Positions 1-10,900 of a stretch of 64,000 bases of DNA are shown here, in pieces; the first letter of the stretch is position 1, and each line of letters opens with the position of its first letter. A program made the translations under genes and the position numbers. The stretch is from assembly GCA_965113315.1 (NCBI GenBank), contig OZ220374.1, one strand, 5' to 3'. Under the pieces are notes generated by a model that was given only the letters and a program-made list of their open reading frames with translations, did no database searches and had not been told where the DNA came from. This stretch comes from Podarcis vaucheri. Its lineage: Eukaryota.

Positions 1-265
1 AAGCCACCCTCTCAATGCCCCAAACTTATTTTAAAAGTAAAATAAAATAAAATATAGCTATTTATTGTAGAATGAGACTCACTGTAGTTCACAGTGGTCT
101 TTGAGATGCTCTTGGACTACAACTCCCATAATCCCTGACCTTGCTGGCTAGGTCTGGTGGGAATTGTATTTCAACAGCATCTGGCAGCCCCCAAGTTCCC
201 CAACCCTGCTCTAATGGAAGTGACTGAATTGGGCTGCAATTTTGTGCATGCTTAACTGGGGGCAA

Positions 266-630
266 AGGGACATGGGTGGCGCTGTGGGTAAAACCTCAGT
301 GCCTAGGACTTGCCGATCGTATGGTCGGCGGTTTGAATCCCCGCAGTGGGGTGAGCTCCCGTCTTTCGGTCCCAGCTCCTGCCCTCCTAGCAGTTCGAAA
401 GCACACCCAAAAAGTGCAAGTAGATAAATAGGTACCACTTTATAGTGGGAAGGTAAACGCCGTTTCTGTGTGCTGCGCTGGTGCTGGCTCGCCAGAGCAG
501 CTTCGTCATGCTAGCCACGTGACCCGGAAGTGTCTCCGGACAGCGCTGGCCCCCGGCCTCTTAAGTGAGATGGGCGCACAACCCTAGAGTCGGACACGAC
601 TGGTCCATACGGGCAGGGGTACCTTTACCT
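266..630 (+). mobile_element. Sauria SINE (Squam1-type), full length
   Basis: tRNA-like head (GGTGGCGCTGTGG...GGTTTGAATCCC), typical body and (ACCTTT)n tail; 14-bp TSD TTAACTGGGGGCAA at 252-265 and 631-644. Confidence 0.9.
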
Positions 631-1684
631 TTAACTGGGGGCAAGCTACCGTGGGACTAACTTCCGAGGAAGCAAGTCTAGGCTTACGCTGTTAAGCTTA
701 GCAATGAAGAGGGCTTTGATGGGAGAGCAGCATGCAGAGCCCTCTCTAAAGTGTCTTCTTAGGGGTGAGAAAACAACAGTTGGCCAGAGGCTTCCCTCTC
801 CATTCAGCGAGGGATACTCAGCAGCTGCCGTAATCATGTGCCGCAACTCTTAACATGACCTCATTTAGCTTGATAAATTAACTGAGTCTTGCAAGGCTTT
901 CTTAAGAGAGCAGCAGGATGCTTATGAGTGATGTAAGTACACTTTATTCCACAGACTTATTTATGTAGGCAGCGGATTCCGAGAGCGTATTTATGGTGCA
1001 GACAAATTTGGCTTAGGCAGCTGGAACTCCGTACTTTTTTCGCAAATAATCACTGGAATTATCACATTAGTTTTGGAAGATGATATGAGTGAAACTGACA
1101 GATAGAAGACCTAAGGGCTTAGGAGGCTTAATTTTATCCTAAAACCCATCCCCACCAAATGTTTTCAAATTGACATCACAGGCTTCGGGATTATGCACTA
1201 TTGGCACTTCCTTGTGAGCAGAGTTGGAAGTGGAAAATAAAACCAACAGTTACCTAACTGCTTGATTTGATGGGTGCAATCAATCAAAAAGTTTTGAAGT
1301 GACTGGTTAAATGTGCCTTATTAAATCAAAATATACCTTGAGTTAATCAAGTGGCTGCATACTTAAGTCACCATCCTTCAAGGGACGCTTCTCTGCAAAA
1401 AGTGGCGGACCAATATATTTTGCTGCCTGAGGCGAAGGACAAGGTGGCGCTCTCCCTTTTCCAGACGTTGAGAGAAGAGAGTTGACTCTTATGTCAACAT
1501 TGCCAACAGGACTTCATGCTCCACAGCAGGCTAGCAGAGCACATATTATTTATTTTTATTATTTTAAACTTATTTCTTTCATTTACTTGTTTCCCATAAG
1601 GCATCCCAAAGTGATTCACAATATAACCACCTATATAACTTACCTATATAAAATCTTTTTTTTTAAAGCACTTATAAGCACTTA

Positions 1685-1865
1685 CAGTCCTGAAGCTATA
1701 GACACAGATATGGGAGACACATGCTTTATTGTCGGTGGGGCAGGTGAAGGTGTCTGGTTTTGCTGCTGCAGATGTACCATGGCATTTATTTTCTCTGCGC
1801 TCCTCCCAGCGGTCATTCCTCCACTGGTCACTGCTCTGGATGCACAACCTGACTGCCCGTCGTCA
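1685..1865 (-). mobile_element. Degenerate 3' end of an RTE-clade LINE ORF
   Basis: Minus ORF 1644..1847 (RWEERRE...FTCPTDNKACVSHICVYS) resembles the C-terminal Zn-finger-like end of RTE ORFs (FxCxxCxRxCxSRIGLYSH). Confidence 0.55.
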
Positions 1866-3451
1866 GGCACATCAATAATTACAAGCACAATTTTACTAGA
1901 ATTAGATATCACCCTCAAAGGCAGAAAATGAAGGTTCAATTAATAGGGGAAATGAAAATTTAGACAGCAGTTCTTTATACAGCTGCTGCCCACAACTACC
2001 AATATTTTGGAGGCATAACAGACAGCAGCAATTTGGCATGCTGGAATGCTATGTATATATTTATATAGAGAGAGATAGGGAGGGAGAACAGCTTTTCCTG
2101 CAGTTGTTGAGACCTTGAGAATTGACTTGAGAAAGGATGCTGCCAGCGGGTTCCGTTTTTTCAGAGCCATCAGCCAGAAGTCCCTTACTGTCATATGCTG
2201 ATCTGAGGACATTTCAGTCTCCTTACCTTCATCACTCCTGCCCAAGTCAAATAAAAATGTGTATGGCATCTATGCATAACCAGTTGTGGTTTTTTTGGGC
2301 AAGGAACTTTTTCATTGGTTGGTTTAAGTATTTTTAAAAAACAATTTGTGGAATTGAAGGCTTCAAAAACATGATCAACAGGTATTCAGTTTTGAGATTT
2401 CAAATCCACATCCTGGAAAACAAATCATGTGCAAAGTAGCCTCCATGCGCATTTTTCCACGTATTGATTTATATACAGCTTTCCTTTTCTCTATACAGGC
2501 AAGAATGTCAACTCTGTCCTCCTGCATCAGTAACATCCTCTTCACATTTGTTAAGCAAGATTTCACTGTGGGGATATTCCATGACTGCCACCACAATTGC
2601 TCGGACAATCCTATTCACTGTTGCACATACTTTTCCTGGGGTGGACAATTTTCGATCTCCAAGGACAACTCAAGATAAAGGGCCAATTTAGAATCACAAC
2701 AATAAGACAATTGCCATGGGCAGCGTATTTCTCCTGAAAAGCATATTTAACATTTTGCATTGTATGATGTGAATTGTATTGTACACAAACAATATACACC
2801 TTTGTTAAGAGGACAACGGCTGCCTCTAGAATAGTCAACTTTTTTCTTTTTTTTGCAGTGTTCCCCCCCCCCCCAAGGAGGGGCATTGTTGTCTTCTGAG
2901 CTGCTGATGTAACGCCTTGCCATCGGCTTATACCTCAACGCTGGGGAGGGCTGGGTACTTTGCATAGATCACAGGTGAGTTTGGTCACTTAGGGATAACG
3001 TAATCCAACAGCCTGAAATGACTTGAGACTGGGACCCCAGAACCCACTGGCTGAGAGAGGCATGTCCCTGTCTTCCCAGGAGCTCCTTTGGAAGGAGTTG
3101 TTGCTAGTGTACTACAGTTATGAAGGGACACAGTAGAAGCTTGCAACAAAAAAGTGGAAAAGCCCTGCAGGATTTACCCAAGTGTTATGTCCTAAATCCT
3201 GCCCACATGGCCCTCAGATGCATTACTGGAACCGCAAACATTTTACAAACCAATTCTTTCCTTTCTGTTCCAAAAATAGTAGATGCTGCGCTGTTGCTTT
3301 AAACACAGCCCGTGGTATGCTGAATCCCAAGTACTCTGCTCACTGATCCAGCAGCTGCTAGGCTCCTTGGATCATGTGTCAGTTGGCTCTAACATGTAGT
3401 CCTTGCAACATCTAAAACACTCTTAGGATAAGCAGTTAAGTTTTAAAGAAC

Positions 3452-3472
3452 TTTATTTTCAACTTGTTTATT
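3452..3472 (-). terminator. Candidate poly(A) signals of the SSNA1-like gene
   Basis: Two AATAAA on the - strand (TTTATT at 3467-3472 and 3452-3457), 115-135 nt downstream of the stop codon. Confidence 0.6.
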
Positions 3473-3586
3473 GCTTCCATGATGTTCTTTATAAAAAGTA
3501 ACAATTGATACATAATAAAAACATTAATAAACCCACCAATACAAGATCAAAGTGTGACATTTCTTGTATATAACTTTTCACCAAGC

Positions 3587-3964
3587 CTAATGCTGCGTTT
3601 GTTGGAGCCCAAGTGTTTGAATATCCCCAGTCACATTTCTATTTATCGTTTTGTCTAAATTCCCCGTTTCGGCTTTCAAAACGTTCAGCAGCATCCTAGA
3701 GCTTTCCAAGATCTTCTCGTAAGTCAACGCTGCTTCGGCAAGAACTTCGTCAAGTTTCTTCTGTGCAGCATTTTTCTGTGCTAAGTTTTCACACACACAA
3801 TCCAGTTGTTTTGTCAGTGTCTCGATTTTATCCTGGAGCCTACTCTTTTCCTCTTCCGCTTCCCTGATCTGCTTGCTCACTTCTTCTCTTTGCATGTACA
3901 AGTCTTCTATATGTTTCACAAGTTCGTTATTATAGCCTTGTAGAACAGCCCCCTGGTGAGTCAT
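3587..3964 (-). CDS. SSNA1/NA14/DIP13-like coiled-coil microtubule-binding protein; intronless diverged paralog (retrogene), 125 aa
   Basis: MTHQGAVLQGYNNELVKHIEDL...YEKILESSRMLLNVLKAETGNL aligns without gaps to recalled human SSNA1 (hand count about 59/105 identical); single coding exon; Kozak AGGATGA with A at -3. Confidence 0.9.
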   Translation of the reverse strand: MTHQGAVLQGYNNELVKHIEDLYMQREEVSKQIREAEEEKSRLQDKIETLTKQLDCVCENLAQKNAAQKKLDEVLAEAALTYEKILESSRMLLNVLKAETGNLDKTINRNVTGDIQTLGLQQTQH

Positions 3965-4542
3965 CCTGCTGGCTCCACCCTTCAGAGGAGAAGGAAATGA
4001 TTCCTGCTTCCACCAGCTGATCTCACTACTGTCTGCCTGTATTTTATAATTTAAAAAGGAAAGAAAGAAAAATTGCTAAGTGCCTTTGAGCAACACTGTA
4101 AAACCAGCACATACATAATGGAAGCGTCAATATCAATTGTAGAAAATGTGATTAAGGAAACCATCTGAGTAAGTTTCCAAGGATCCTATTTTGCCATTAC
4201 TTTAACTTCTTCCACTCTGACATGCAAGTGGCCAATGGTATTTTCCAAGACGTTATGAAGCTGCTGATATTTTGAGACGGCTCTAAAATGTGTGCACTTA
4301 AGTGTGTGCACACATGTGTGCACTTAAGCTGTGTGCAAGAGAATGTGTAGATGCAAAATGTGTAGATGAATGATGCAGGAGTGAAATTATATAAATGCAT
4401 GTGCCTTTATAGGCATGGGAGAGCACTGAGGAAGAACAGAATAGGGGAAAGAATTGAAGGAAAGTTTAATCTCCCCTTGCCCTCCCTGCTTCTCTCACAA
4501 GGTTCTCATGCTAATAATAAGTCTCCGCCTCCCTTTAATTAA

Positions 4543-5040
4543 TTAATCCAGAATGCGGCAGCTAGACTGGTGACTGGGAGTACCACCAGAACCACATATC
4601 ACTGGTCCTGAGAGATCTGCATTGGCTCCCGGTTCGTTTCCGAGCACAATTCAAAGTATTGGTGCTGACCTTTAAAGCCCTAAACAGCCCCGGTCCTGTA
4701 TACCTGAAGGAGCGTCTCCACCCCCATCGTTCAGCCCGGACACTGAGATCTAGTGCCAAGGGCCTTCTGGCGGTTCCCTCATTGCAAGAAGTGAGGCTAC
4801 AGGGAACCAGACAGAGGATTTTCTCGGTAGTGGCGCCCACCCTGTGGAACACCCTCCTATCAGATGTGAAGGAAATAAGCAGCTATCCTATCTTTAAAAG
4901 ACATCTGAAGGCAGCCCTGTTTAGGGAAGTTTTTAATATTTAATGCTGTGTTGTTTTTAACACTCAATTGGGAGCTGCCCAGGGTGGCTGGGGAAACTCA
5001 GCCAGATGGGTGGGGTATAAATAATAAATTATTATTATTT
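4543..5040 (+). mobile_element. L2-clade LINE 3' fragment
   Basis: Encodes IQNAAARLVTG...[24 protein letters not shown]...LWNTL; (ATT)n tail. Confidence 0.85.
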
Positions 5041-5229
5041 GTCCTAGGATAGGGCCATTAAGGTGCTCTCTAGCTATAGGATGGCTTAGAAAAGTAAATA
5101 CACTGGCAACATGTGCACCAGACTATCCAGGATTGATTTACTGCAGTTTAAGTAAGGTTTCTGGGGAGATTTGCAGGGTTTCAGGGTGCTGAGAAGAATC
5201 CAAGCCTGCCTAAGCATTTGCTTCCTTAC

Positions 5230-5327
5230 CTCTATAGCGTCTGCTTAACTCGTACGTTTGCTGGTAATAGAAGGTAATGCACCATTAAGGCTACCTGTAC
5301 TAGTAGAAGCTCAACTGTGCTTAACTC
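5230..5327 (-). other. Putative non-coding 5' UTR exon 2 of the SSNA1-like transcript (98 nt)
   Basis: Minus-strand acceptor TGTATTTATTTAG|G ending at 5328 and strong donor GAG|GTAAGG at 5229. Confidence 0.5.
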
Positions 5328-5739
5328 CTAAATAAATACACTTAGGGTAATACAGCAAGTCTCCAGGGCACTTTTCTCCCACAATTTCCGGAAGGGCTGC
5401 CTTAGGATTCTGACCCTGGGGTTGAAAGGAGGGGAGTGAGAAATAGGCCAGCTACTAGAACTTTTCTGTCTGGAGGGCTCAGGCGTCTCACCTTCGAGGG
5501 AGAGGCCCGTTCCTGTGCAACCTACAAGAGAGTAGTCCCCAAACTCATCCAATCTCAGCCTGCAAACAGGGACTCTACTACTTTTGATTTTGTTGCTAGA
5601 GGAATCCTCCAGCACAGGCGCCTGCGCAGGAGTAAGTTTGGCTTTTGAAAGCGCAGCTTTTCAAGTGCCCTTGAGGGAGAAGATCCCTACGCTTTCCTGC
5701 ACATCCATAAAGGGGAAAGGGAGCTTCGCGCTGGCTGCA

Positions 5740-5954
5740 CAGTGGTACCTCGGGTTACATACGCTTCAGGTTGCAGACTCCGCTAACCCAGAAATTGTGC
5801 TTCAGGTTAAGAACATTGCTTCAGGATGAGAACAGAAATCGTGCTCTCGCACCGCGAGGCCCCATTAGCTAAAGTGGTGCTTCAGGTTAAGTACAGTTTC
5901 AGGTTAAGTACAGTCCTCCGGAACGAATTAAGTACTAAATCCCAGGTACCACTG
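5740..5954 (+). mobile_element. Tc1/mariner (Tigger-like) MITE
   Basis: TIRs CAGTGGTACCT...AGGTACCACTG; TA flank on the right; same family as copies at 12432, 15091, 26179 and 43713. Confidence 0.85.
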
Positions 5955-6303
5955 TATTCTCTCTCCCCTCAAAACCTTCCGCTAAAGCTGCAAAAGAAAA
6001 GCAAGCAGCGGCGGCGCCCAGCCACCAGTTGGGGGGGATGCCTCCCCAGCAACCCGCACTCCTTGCTTCGCCTCCGCGCCGCGGGCAGCTGTTTTCCCCC
6101 GGACCCAGAATAGACCAGCGGCCGCCCACGTGCTTCCCAGAATAGCTCCGTTGTCACCCTCCTTCCTGCCGCAGATCGCTCGGAATGAGGCGCCGAGAGG
6201 GGGCGGGGCCCGCAGCAGCCACTGGGCACCTCGGCGCGGACACAGGGAAGCGAACACCTCCGCGGCTGCGCACTGCGAGCGTTGAGGCCGCGGCGGCCCT
6301 TAC

Positions 6304-6500
6304 TTCTTCCCCTCCCGCAAGCAAACGCCCTGGCGGGTTGATGCGGCGTCAGCCCCGCCCAAGTCAAGCGTTGCGCGGCGCTTAGTTGTTTGGAAGGAAA
6401 GGCGCCTCTTGCTCAATAAGCCCGCCCGGGACTGTAGCTTCTGCAAAGGCTCGCTCGGAAATCTGTGCCCCGCTTCAGCTCGGTGGAGCTTGGAGTAAAT
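6304..6500 (-). other. Putative non-coding first exon of the SSNA1-like transcript (5' end uncertain)
   Basis: Minus-strand donor GAA|GTAAGG at 6303 inside the CpG island; TSS not determinable from sequence. Confidence 0.45.
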
Positions 6501-7896
6501 CCCATTTAGGTCCATAGGCGCTCACTCTCGGGCAAGCGGGATGGGATCGCGCCTTAAGTGCCCACAGAGGGCTCTGGGCGAAGCGTGTCTACCTAGTTAC
6601 CTGGGAACACGCATAACTGAACACGTTTTACTCCTGGATAGGAATGCTAATAGGACGTCTTCGTGTCCCCACCCCAGAAGGCTTTCCTTGGAGATTCAAA
6701 CTATTGTACAAACTACACACAGTGCAGAAACGGTTCTGGTGACGTTTTGTTCTAAATTACAGGGGCTTGGACTAGATGACCCCCGGGCTTCTTCCAACTC
6801 TATAATTCTACGAAAGTCCCATTCATAGCTACATTTTTCTAGTTCTCCATCCTCACCTCCGGTAACGCCCACTAAATAACTCCGGTAACTTCGGCTTCGT
6901 CGGGGATGGAACAAAACGCGTTTCTGTTATCCCAGCAGAGAACGTCGTTCAGCCGAAACAGGAACCAAAGAAAAACTCCAAGCCACCTAGCTTGAATTTA
7001 TCCACCACTTTACAAGCGTATTTCCGGAGCTCATTCTCGGAGGATTAAGATGGGGGGGGGGGGATACGGGAATAACCGATTGTGGCGGCGTTTCTCCTTC
7101 CCCTTGCGGAAATAGTCGAAGTGGAGACAGCGATCCGTGACGGAGACAGCCGGTGCCGCCCGAATGCGAGGGCTGCAGGCTGCACGGAGACTACCGATGT
7201 TTTCCGAAACTGCAGCGACCGAACAGAAAGCGAAGGGAGGCTAAAAAAAAACCAAACAACCCAAGGGGGGGGCTTGTCGGAGCCTGACGGAAATGGCCGC
7301 TGTTTCCCGAAGGAACTCGCCTTAGCATCCGGAAGGGAGGAGGCGGGGCATAGACTTAAGAAAGAGGGTGGGTTCAAAAAAGAAAAAAGGACTGGATGGA
7401 ATGGGAGGAGCTTTGGCGGAAAGAGCCGATATCAGCCGACGTTAAGCGAAGGCGGCGGCGTCCGAGTTTCCCGGATGTAGTCGGACGGCGGTAGTGTTGG
7501 GAGCTGGAGCTGTAGCTGAAGGGAGGGGGGAGGAGGTGTTGGCGGCGGCGGCGGAGGGCGAGCGAGCGAGCGAAGGCGGCCAGTGGCAGCAGCGGAGGGG
7601 ACGCGGCCGCCTTGTGCCTCCCGCGCCCCGCTGTGCGCGTGTGTCCGTCCTGCGGGGGCGCCTCTCCTTCTCGCTGGTGCGGAGAGGAGGAGATGGGCCC
7701 GTGAGCGCTGCTTCCCCTCACAGCCGAGCTGCCTGAGCCGCCCCTCCTCCGCCTCCTCCTCCCTCCCTCCCCCTCCTCCTCCTCCTCTTCCCTGTCCCCG
7801 GTCGGAGCGCTGCCTCCCCCTCCCCCCTCGGCGGCGCCCGTGGCCCGGCCGCGCCCTCCTGGTCCCCTCAGTCTCTCACACACAGGCCGGGCATTG

Positions 7897-7937
7897 ATGG
7901 TAATGTATGCGAGGAATAAGCAAAGACTCAATGATGG
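7897..7937 (+). CDS. WAC: WAC exon 1 coding part ([14 protein letters not shown])
   Basis: ATG at 7897; donor GG|GTAAAT. Confidence 0.95.
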
Positions 7938-10900
7938 GTAAATAACCCCCTTTCTCGTTCCGCCCTCCTCCCGTCTTACTCTCTCTCGTCTCTCTCTCTT
8001 TTTCCTACCCCCCCACCCCCACCCTCAATACCAACGGCCAGTAACGGTCGCTCGCTAACGTAACGTCTTTTTCTCCTCTCTTTCCAGCTGTCACGACCGC
8101 AAGGGGGACTCGCAGCCCTACCAGGTACCGACTTCTTCGCCCGCCGCAGCCCCACAAACCGATAGGCCCCTGCGGCGGCGGCAGTAACTGGAGTGTGGGA
8201 GGGCGAGCGAAACTACTCGAGCGCAGGCCTCGGCCGCCGCTGCAGGCCGCGGGGGAGGGGAGCCAACCGCTTCCCTTCGCTCTGCTCCGCGCGCGGCGGG
8301 CCGGGAGGGGGCAAGGGGGCGGCGGCGACTCTGGCTCTTGCTTGCTCTCTTACCCCCGCGACCGCGAGGGCTTGAGCGCGAGCTGAGGCGGCGAGAGGCG
8401 CTTGGCGGCGGGGCAAGGAAGCGAGAGGCCTAGGCCCGATGCGGGCCGCAGGAGGCGGAGGGCGGCATTGTTTTTCCTCCCCCCTCCCCCGAGCGAAACC
8501 CATGGGATGGCGGTAAGCGGCCGGAACCCGAGTCCGAAAAGGCCTCCCGAGTGCCGCTGACCGTCTTCCCTTGCCGTAGGAGACGAGATAGGAGCCGGGA
8601 TAGGTTCTAGGCCTTGGGCTTGTAGTAAATCCCGAAGGGAATTCTAGTTCATCAAACCCTTTCTGTCAACTGAGAAAACTTTAAATTGGGACCATGTTGA
8701 AGGTACCCCTGAAGAAATTTGGGAAATGGCCGGAGTGAAGCTGTGGGGGGGGGCGCGGGACATTTGAGGCTTTCCCTTTGTCATCTCCCCAGTGTTAAAA
8801 GGATAGGGAGGGCTGGAGGTGTAAATACGGTCATTTACAGGGGTTTTTTTGACCACTACACTTACATACCTGAGTGATCAGATGAAAGAGGCAGCTTTGA
8901 CAACTGGAGGCTGCAGTCAGTGACAGCACATCTAATGTAAACATTCATCACACAGCCTTGTGAAAAGGGGCATGGAGAGAGGTTCTGGACAAGGCCCTGT
9001 TGTGTTTAGTATAACACAAGGTGGTGTGGATGCTACAAAGCTGCACATTCCACTCGTACTACTACAAAATCTATCAAGCCCTTTGATTCTTTTGCCAGAA
9101 ATCTCCCCGCTCTTTAAAGTGCGTAACAATCTCAGTTCATAGATGAGTGGTACCACTGGTTAACATTGACTATTTGGTTAGATTGTGTGGGATATATTTT
9201 TAAGGGGGGAAATGGAGAGGATGTGTTATTGAAACTGGTATCAAATGCCTTAAAGATTTTTCAGTGTCACCTGTATATGGTAAAAGGTATTCTCCATTTA
9301 GTAAATAAATAATAGCATCCTGCAGATGAAATAATTCTGTTGGACTGTGTGCATAGTCCAAGGTGTTTCAGCCAAGGTGGTACTTAAGACTTATTTGAGA
9401 ATAGTCTCCCATTAAACACAATGAAATATACATAGTTATGATGTAGCACATCAAAAAGAAGCTTGACTTGGTTGAACATAGGCATCGTGTTAACTGTACT
9501 ACTCTGAATAAATCCCAATACTGTATTGGAAATAGAATGTTTGTAATAAATTGGAATTAGGGTTGAAAAACCCAGAATTACTTGCTATTAAGTTTATAAA
9601 ATGACATAGCACTAGTTAGGATCTAGACAATTGTGAAACTAGTTCCATGACTTAAGAGGATTTCTAGGCTTGATTTATTTTGGACAGCAGCTTCATGCTG
9701 CATGGCAAACTGTTTTTAAAAAAGATATTTCAAAACACAGCTTGAGAAATCTGTACTTGTTATTTCTTTCAGGCTCTTAAATACTCATCAAAGAGTCACC
9801 CCAGTGGTGGTGATCACCGGCATGACAAGATGCGAGACACCACAGACCCTTCACCACCAAATAAAATGTTGCGGCGATCTGATAGCCCTGAAAACAAGTA
9901 TGGTGACAACACTGGACACAGTAAAGCTAAAAGCATGCATACTCACAGAGTTAGAGAAAGGGATGGTGGTGAGTTAAACTTTAACTGATTTGTATTCAAA
10001 ATACTGCTAGTAATTGAAATAAATCTTGCACCAAAACAAAAGCACATTCATTGGGGTGAAGAATTTACCTCACCATTATTTCAGTTCATTCACAACACTG
10101 CCACAGGTTCCTTATCCCTGTGTTAGGGGGCTTTAGACCTGGCTGCTTTTGTTGTCTAGTCAGGATGGCTTCATAAACCTGGGCTTTTTGTAGAAACTGC
10201 CCTCCAGTGCAATCTAGCATGGTGGCGTTTGAAGGAAATGATACTGTGTCTTTTGGTAGGCAGGCCTTCATGTGCCTGATATAAAATTTGTTCTTCCCGT
10301 TAAGTACAGTTTACAAGAGAGACAGTGTAGTGTAATGTCCCTGTACTGGAGGTATCTGGCTTCAGATACCCTTACTCAAGCTTAAAGCTTGCTGGATGGC
10401 CTTGGGAAGCTACATATCTCACTCAGCCAAACCTTGCATTCAGGGAAATTATGAAGATAATGGGGTTTACCATAAATACTCTGAAAAGAGCTATATGTCG
10501 AAAGATAGGGATACAAATGTTATGAATAAAATAAAGTGAACAAATAGTGAAGTAAGCAATATATAAAACAAATTCTTAATGCAGTGAGTTAACACAGTTC
10601 TTGTGTCTTGGTTTTATTAAACAAAATTTATATACCATGTTATTGTAATAAAACCTATTACGTGGTTATTTGAGATTTGTAAGAATAGAAATAACAGTAA
10701 TTCCATGAAGCATTTTCTTTAATGCTAAGGCTATTACAAATCAGCATTTAAGTTTCTTGGGACAGTGAGGAGGTTTTTGTTTTTGACAAATTATCATGTT
10801 AGGTATCCTTACTGTCACATAGGTATCATATTGTTGTAGTTAAATGCTCTGATAATGACTGCTATAGAAGAAGAAACTTTTCAGGTTCTGTTATATTTCA

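Larger units (their letters stand above)
5960..8600. promoter_or_regulatory. CpG island; probable bidirectional promoter of WAC and the SSNA1-like gene
   Basis: Very GC/CpG-rich; GC boxes near 6199 and 6351, ETS/YY1-like CGGAAATGGCCGC near 7288, ZNF143-like GGGACTGTAGC at 6428-6438; spans WAC exons 1-2. Confidence 0.85.

Noticed and set aside
105-210. Palindromic GGACTACAACTCCC...GGGAATTGTA hairpins (also near 26800, 48460 and 56780) as pre-miRNA or ZNF143 sites
   Set aside because: Recurrent degenerate copies of an old hAT-type MITE family; no independent support for function
2375-2735. Overlapping ORFs and a minus-strand acceptor near 2734
   Set aside because: No recognisable protein; frames are interrupted by stops
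5935-8503. Many overlapping 60-185 aa ORFs across the CpG island
   Set aside because: Expected from stop-codon scarcity in GC-rich DNA; low-complexity A/R/P/G peptides with no recognisable homology
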